Assembly: GCA_002633005.1 (NCBI GenBank)
Contig: NMRA01000852.1
Span: forward strand, 60,359-120,965
Direction of reading: 5' to 3'
DNA from: Phoronis australis
Taxonomy: Eukaryota; Animalia; Phoronida
Length of the DNA: 60,607 bases
Positions 54,332 to 60,607 of the stretch are shown in pieces (within the stretch, counting starts at the first letter, position 1; each line of letters begins with the position of its first letter). A model generated the notes under the pieces. It saw only the letters and a program-made list of their open reading frames with translations, had not been told where the DNA came from and ran no database searches. The position numbers and the translations under genes are program-made.

Positions 54332-55494
54332 ATTGTATCATGCTCTCTCGTCCTATGGTAGTTCATGTCCAATTACTCACTGGTGACATCCCTCACTTTG
54401 TTTGCGTTCACTCACCCCACCCCCATGTCTTGACATGATCAGGTAATTGTCCTGTCCACTGATACTTATTCAGTTTTCTCCTTATGTAATACCAGATCAC
54501 GTTCAAGTTACCTCTCTATCAGTGGTTGTGCACTCTATACAGGTCCGTAGCGATCACAACATCTTATACAGACCACAGGCAATGGTAATGCATCGAATTC
54601 TTAATCTGCATCTAAATCATTCATGTTCGGATCAAGGGTCTTCTTGCTTATTGCCTCTTATTGTTTCCCAGTTGCACCATTACCAAAAATGTAATATAGT
54701 ATCTTTGCAACTGCCTACAGTATGTATTAATGTGGTATTTTTGGTTGTCGTTAAAACATGTTTCCCACATTTTTATTGAATGTGTGACGGAATTGAACAT
54801 TGCATATTCACATAAGACAATGATTCTTAAGTGGCTGTCCCTTATATATTTTTTTCTGACTGTTGTGTTTCTCAGAACGTTGATTTTGTGGACAACTCCA
54901 TACAAAATTGTCTGTCAGGATAAATTTACACGTCACTGATTTTGTGTGGCATTTCTTTTCGGTCATGTTTTTGACACCTGTCACTCACTATAATATTGAT
55001 TTTAATTTATAGGCACTTGTTCTGTTCTCTGTCAGTCAGGTGCAGAATCTACAACTACATGTGATTTTTGTTGTGGGTTTCAGAATGATTCCCCATATCA
55101 TTAATTAGTTATTACTGTTTTAGCTTCCCGTGAAAAAATCACGTTGAGCACTGTCTGTCACAATAATTTAGTTTATATTGAGTATCAAGTTGAAATAATC
55201 CCAGTAAAAACTGGTGTTTCAATCTGTGAGAAAGTTTACTTCAATTCAGAAGACACCACCGAACACATGAGCTGATCAGTCATTACTGGGTGGCCTATAG
55301 TAGTAAGAACTCATAGCCTTTATCAAGTCTAAAACGTGTTACAGCTAATTTATCCATAGTGAGAGATCTTCAATACATCTTTTTGTGTTTTCTTCAGCGA
55401 ATTTGAGTGTTCAAACTCCTATTTTTAACCTTCTTTTGTCCGTTACTATTTGGTCATATTTCCTCTGTACATATCTTTAGGTCAATCATTATCT

Positions 55495-58400
55495 ATGTGT
55501 TTTGTATTCACTTGCAACAAAACTAACTGGTTTCCCAAGATTGAATTTATATGTTGTGCTTTTCAACTAAGTTGCTATTTATGTACCTGTAAGCGAGCCT
55601 ATGATATAATTTTGTTTTTTAAAAATGACTCCCCTAGTTGTCCAGACAACCTTATTCATTTAACAACCTTTGAATTTTCAACAAGCATTGCAGGTGTATT
55701 ATTTGTTAAATACGGCTATCCTTTGAGTGCCTCGAGTAGTGTGAGTTTCTCTGGTCTTACATTGTTTTCCCCCTCATGGTCACAGTTCAATTCCTCCCAC
55801 CGGCATCGAATGAGATATCACGCTATGCGGGTTCAGCTTACTGATGTGTCGTACTATTGTTTATGTAACACCTGTATGGATTACGGAATCGTCATTGGCA
55901 TGTGCCTCCTTTTAGCTGGCGATGTTGAAGAAAATCCTGGGCCTGAAGACAATACTACCTTTAAAATCTTATTTTCAAATGTTAACAGTATTACATCCAA
56001 CAATTTCTCCAGATTCCAACTTCTAAAAAACTTTGTTCTGTCTTACGATTATATGATTGTCGCTCTTTGTGAAACCTGTGATGTTACCAAAGACGACCTT
56101 GATAATGAACTAATCATTCCTGGTTACAGTGTAGCGTATCATTGTAACAGTGCCCGTGGTATCATCTTATTCACTAAAAACACACTCTCATTTAAATTAT
56201 GTCCTAGCTTAACTTGTCCTCAGTTATGCAACTGCTGGATCGACGTTTCTCATTCATGTATTGACCTCTGTATAACAAACAATTTGAGTATCATTGACTC
56301 ATGTTCTGTACTACCTCCTGTTGGCAATTCGGATCACCACACTATCGAAACCACTCTAACACTTAAAAAACCGGTAAAAGAACAACACACAACTCGAAGC
56401 AACTGGAAATATGATCAGGTCGACACCGATAAACTGCGTCAGGATATCACCAACACTGACTGGGATTCCATATTGAACACTGGCGACATTGATGACACTG
56501 TTCCACTCTTCACTAGTACTCCGTATGAAATCTTAAAAAACAACATCCCATCAACTGAAAAGATAATTAAACACAACAGCCAACCGTGGTTCAACAGGAA
56601 TGTTAAACGGGCAATCCGCACAAGAAACAGACTTTACAGCTCTTTCAGAAGATCTAACAACACTATAATCTACAACAGATACAAGGATCAGTCACGTCTG
56701 GTTGAAACTTTAGTAAATCAAGCCAAAGCTGATCACCGACACAAGCTTTTTCAACAAATTAACAACGCAAGCAAGAATCCCAAAGAATACTGGGAAATCA
56801 TCAATAAAATACGCGGCAGTCAACAGCAATCCTCCTATCCTGTCATCAACTATAATGGAAACCTAGCCTCACGTAGTAGTGACAAGTGTGATTTGTTTCT
56901 CAAATTTTTCACGAACAAAAGCCACATTACACCAACTGAAGTAAGTAACTTTCCCTTTCTTCGTGAACGTTGTCTCAATCAAGTGTCTGACATCCCGGCT
57001 AATCAAACTGATGTCCGGAAGTATCTCAATGAAATTGACCCCAATAAGAATGATGGCACAGCTTTAATAACCAGCAAGATGATCAAAATGATTGCCAACG
57101 AAATTACCATGCCCCTGACCAATCTGTTTAACAAACTTCTTCAGCTAGNNNNNNNNNNNNNNNNNNNNNNNNNNNNNNNNNNNNNNNNNNNNNNNNNNNN
57201 NNNNNNNNNNNNNNNNNNNNNNNNNNNNNNNNNNNNNNNNNNNNNNNNNNNNNNNNNNNNNNNNNNNNNNNNNNNNNNNNNNNNNNNNNNNNNNNNNNNN
57301 NNNNNNNNNNNNNNNNNNNNNNNNNNNNNNNNNNNNNNNNNNNNNNNNNNNNNNNNNNNNNNNNNNNNNNNNNNNNNNNNNNNNNNNNNNNNNNNNNNNN
57401 NNNNNNNNNNNNNNNNNNNNNNNNNNNNNNNNNNNNNNNNNNNNNNNNNNNNNNNNNNNNNNNNNNNNNNNNNNNNNNNNNNNNNNNNNNNNNNNNNNNN
57501 NNNNNNNNNNNNNNNNNNNNNNNNNNNNNNNNNNNNNNNNNNNNNNNNNNNNNNNNNNNNNNNNNNNNNNNNNNNNNNNNNNNNNNNNNNNNNNNNNNNN
57601 NNNNNNNNNNNNNNNNNNNNNNNNNNNNNNNNNNNNNNNNNNNNNNNNNNNNNNNNNNNNNNNNNNNNNNNNNNNNNNNNNNNNNNNNNNNNNNNNNNNN
57701 NNNNNNNNNNNNNNNNNNNNNNNNNNNNNNNNNNNNNNNNNNNNNNNNNNNNNNNNNNNNNNNNNNNNNNNNNNNNNNNNNNNNNNNNNNNNNNNNNNNN
57801 NNNNNNNNNNNNNNNNNNNNNNNNNNNNNNNNNNNNNNNNNNNNNNNNNNNNNNNNNNNNNNNNNNNNNNNNNNNNNNNNNNNNNNNNNNNNNNNNNNNN
57901 NNNNNNNNNNNNNNNNNNNNNNNNNNNNNNNNNNNNNNNNNNNNNNNNNNNNNNNNNNNNNNNNNNNNNNNNNNNNNNNNNNNNNNNNNNNNNNNNNNNN
58001 NNNNNNNNNNNNNNNNNNNNNNNNNNNNNNNNNNNNNNNNNNNNNNNNNNNNNNNNNNNNNNNNNNNNNNNNNNNNNNNNNNNNNNNNNNNNNNNAGGAA
58101 AGCAACTCTTTTACGAGTATAAAAAATAATTTTAGAACTGTTTTTCATAATTTTGATAACTCAACACCCTTGACTCAATTCTCCCTTACCCGCGATAACG
58201 AAATAGCATTGTACAGATCAAGATGTGGCCTTTTCCTCAACTCTGACAAGTCCAGGCACAACTTTAGTAATGTCTCTCCAAACTGTAAATGTGGTGACCA
58301 TCAATCTTATCCTCATATTTTCTTCAAATGTCCCCTCATCGAATTCCTGAGAGACTCACTCTTTCGTGCACTCAATGATAACCAATCAATTGTTAACGCT

Positions 58401-58541
58401 CTCAATTCTTGTAATAATATCCCTACTAGAGTTACATTATTACTGAATGGTAGTCCTAACCTTGACTTTGTTTTCAACGAATTCCTCCTAAGCAACGTTA
58501 GCAAATTTTTATGTACCGTTTATCAATATTGTTGCATCTGA
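55495..58541 (+). CDS. LINE ORF2: leader-2A-APE endonuclease-(RT in assembly gap)-zinc knuckle
   Basis: Open from ATG 55495 to the gap at 57148: LLLAGDVEENPGP, FSNVNSI, IVALCET, SCIDLCITN, VGNSDHH, PWFN, KEYWEII, PLTNLFN. After the gap, ORF 58170-58541 has SPNCKCGDHQSYPHIFFKCP. The APE GDFN block is missing. Continuity across the N gap cannot be verified. Confidence 0.8.
55921..55944 (+). other. 2A-like StopGo (ribosome-skipping) motif DVEENPG/P
   Basis: GAT GTT GAA GAA AAT CCT GGG CCT, preceded by LLLAG; exact match to the D(V/I)ExNPG-P consensus, immediately upstream of the APE domain. Confidence 0.9.
57149..58095. other. Assembly gap (947 N) covering the RT core of LINE copy 2
   Basis: Run of N. 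Confidence 1.
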
Positions 58542-60607
58542 TTTCCCTACATGAATCTGTAAATATTTTTTTTATATACATGTATCTGTAATAGCATGTC
58601 TAAGTATTGGAATACTTATTTTAGATACTACTTAATTGTATATACCTCAATGTATATAAGTTTCAATTATGAATTGTGTACAACCCAGATATAATGCTTC
58701 GCGGTTTCTGGGTTTGTTACTATTTCTTTGTATGTTCTGTGTATCCTTCAATAAATATATATCACAGTGAAAAAAGTGACGCTGTAATGAGACCTGAAAA
58801 TAAAGATACAACGATACAAGATTATGCTATGTATTACTTGTGTGTGTAAAGTTCAGTATACAGTCCAGAGCTGGTTAGCAACATGACAGTCACACCCATG
58901 ATCTAACCAGTTCACAAACCTGGTCCAATGACAAGATTCTGCTCAGATGCCCTATCCACTGTTTTTCTTACATACATGCTTCATGTAAAAGAACTAGATT
59001 TTAAGTTTTAAAACACAGACATGATAGGTCTAAAACACTGCACTGACTTTGATAAAAATAAATTACCTGTTCGAGCTTCAAACCACTTTTTATTTGAAAT
59101 TTGCCCACGTGTATCCCTCTCCACGTCTGTCAGTTTTTTCATATTGTTAAAGTAGTGAAGACACTTCTCCACGAAACTCTCATCAACAGAAACTCCGGCA
59201 ATCTGAAATAAATCAAGATGCGCAATAATCGCATGTTCAACAAATAACAGTGTCCTGAGATTTATGCGTTGTGAAAAAATGTACAATGAGACGTTTCAAT
59301 AAAAACAGTATTGTTTCAGTAAAACTTATCTGTCATTTCCTCTCTTGTATATCATCGATCTCCAGTTTAAGTGTGGCTAACATGCTGACGGGAATCTTTG
59401 GCCTAGCATGATAAGATCTGTAACAAACTGGCCTATTTGTTCAAAAACTTATTTTGTAGAATTCACTTCCTCTTCTGTTTTGCCAAAAATTTTCATTTGG
59501 TTTCAGTAAAAGCCTTATTTTAACAGGAATGACTTGGTGTTTCTTAGAAGGTCACAACCTCCGACCCTGAGCCTCTGAAACAGAAAATAGTTCTAAGGCC
59601 GACAAGTTGAGAAAAGCAGATCGATTCATCGTTTGGCACGTGGTATCAATAGATTATCGCATGTTCTCAGTCGTTATACCCCTAATCTCGAGTCCTCATA
59701 GATTTTGTGCATTTTTGAGAATTATCGGCCTCGGCTGTACATGTACAAAAGATTGGTAACGACTTCGCCCTGTAATAATCTGCAATCTAATAACGTCAAG
59801 TTATATTGCCGCAATAGTTCTTAAAAACAATAGGAGATATAAATTATTTTAAAATTTTTGTTCTTGAACTCACCTTGTCTACCATCTCTGAATGCTCCAC
59901 ACTGTCAGCTACTGACTGCTGAAAGAACTGTTCTACTTCAGTGGCAACATCACTTGTGACCGGTTCCACGTCTGGTCTAATACTCTGAAAAAACCATGTT
60001 CTTGTTAAAATTTATGGAGTTGGTCGAGTTACATATAGCTGCCAGAAAAATACAGCAGCAAGTTGTCTAACTAGCTATTATCAGTAGCACTAAGAGTAAT
60101 CTTTAGATGATTAATGTCAAAGGTTAATGTATTCACCAAAGATGGCACTTTGTCTTTAATACTGTGTATGACTAAAGCTGAAGAGTGCCTTGACAAAAGC
60201 CACTTGTGTTAAAAATTTGAGGTTGCAGAGTGCAATTTTGTTTATTTGCTTCAAATGCCCAAGATAGGTGACTGAATTTTAAGTATTAAACCACACCAGT
60301 GCAACTTGTGATGGCACTCAAATTAAAAATAATAGACTGCCTGTGAACATACCTCTGCAATGATGCTGCCGACTTAAAGCCTCTAACAGATCTTGGAGTC
60401 TGGACTTTGAAAGTTGCAGTTTATTGGGCGGCAAACATATGTAATCACGGCGCCTCTTACTATGCTCTAAGTTTCTTTCACTTTTGCCAGGGGCAAACTT
60501 TACAAAGTTCAAGTCAGAGAACTTTTGGACGGTTGACCCTCGGTTGTTCTTCAGAACGCCCCACACCTTCGGTTTCTCAGTGCAGGCAAGGATTTCTGGA
60601 ATTTCTG

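Larger units (their letters stand above)
53477..58773 (+). mobile_element. Full-length CR1/L2-group non-LTR retrotransposon with 2A motif (copy 2)
   Basis: Perfect 15-bp TSD AAGTGACGCTGTAAT at 53462-53476 and 58774-58788. Contains ORF1, a ~1.1-kb spacer, ORF2 (2A, APE, start of RT, gap, C-terminal CxC..H..C knuckle), a 3' stem-loop AACCCAGA...TCTGGGTT (~58682-58714), AATAAA at 58750 and a short A tail. Confidence 0.93.
53036..60607 (-). pseudogene. Spliced YqaJ/lambda-exonuclease-family gene (transposon-associated), interrupted by the LINE and truncated at the 3' end
   Basis: Exons >60607-60353 (ACTEKPKVWG), 60177-60137, 59984-59874, 59202-59067 (ERDTRGQISNKKWFEART) and 58793-58774 + 53461-53036, with GT..AG junctions in compatible phase. 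Removing the LINE restores WFEARTGLITAS, followed by HGIETE, WLGASVDG, LEIKSP and HKYFYQVQTQM (PD-(D/E)xK YqaJ motifs). Confidence 0.85.

Noticed and set aside
55450-58148. 890-, 325- and 335-aa ORFs in the ORF track
   Set aside because: Their lengths are artefacts of translating through the 947-N gap; only 55495-57148 is real reading frame.
59327-59575. Additional YqaJ exons behind acceptor-like sites at ~59417 and ~59574
   Set aside because: Stops in the needed frame and no clean GT donor; the flanking exons already join in phase.

Overview
AT-rich, intron-containing eukaryotic DNA, most likely a marine invertebrate (lophotrochozoan-like; the taxon is inferred, not shown). Host genes: (1) a complete 10-exon, 464-aa nicotinic acetylcholine receptor-like non-alpha subunit (+, 15893-27469) with a degenerate ligand site; (2) a single-exon ~934-aa LRR-Ig-TM protein (-, 38717-41521); (3) the last exon of a close paralog of gene 1 (-, 51947-52261), so the two channel genes converge on the LRR gene. 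The rest is mostly transposon debris. There are two copies of a CR1/L2-group LINE whose ORF2 endonuclease is preceded by a virus-like 2A StopGo motif (DVE[E/D]NPG-P). The full-length copy (53477-58773, perfect 15-bp TSD, with a 947-N assembly gap) sits inside an exon of a spliced YqaJ-type exonuclease gene. Also present: a decayed L1/Tx1 ORF2, pogo-, CACTA-, Harbinger-, Kolobok- and ISL2EU-like non-autonomous elements, several THAP relics, and many TACATGTA octamers that look like Tc1/mariner excision footprints. All coordinates and translations were read by eye; no searches were run.
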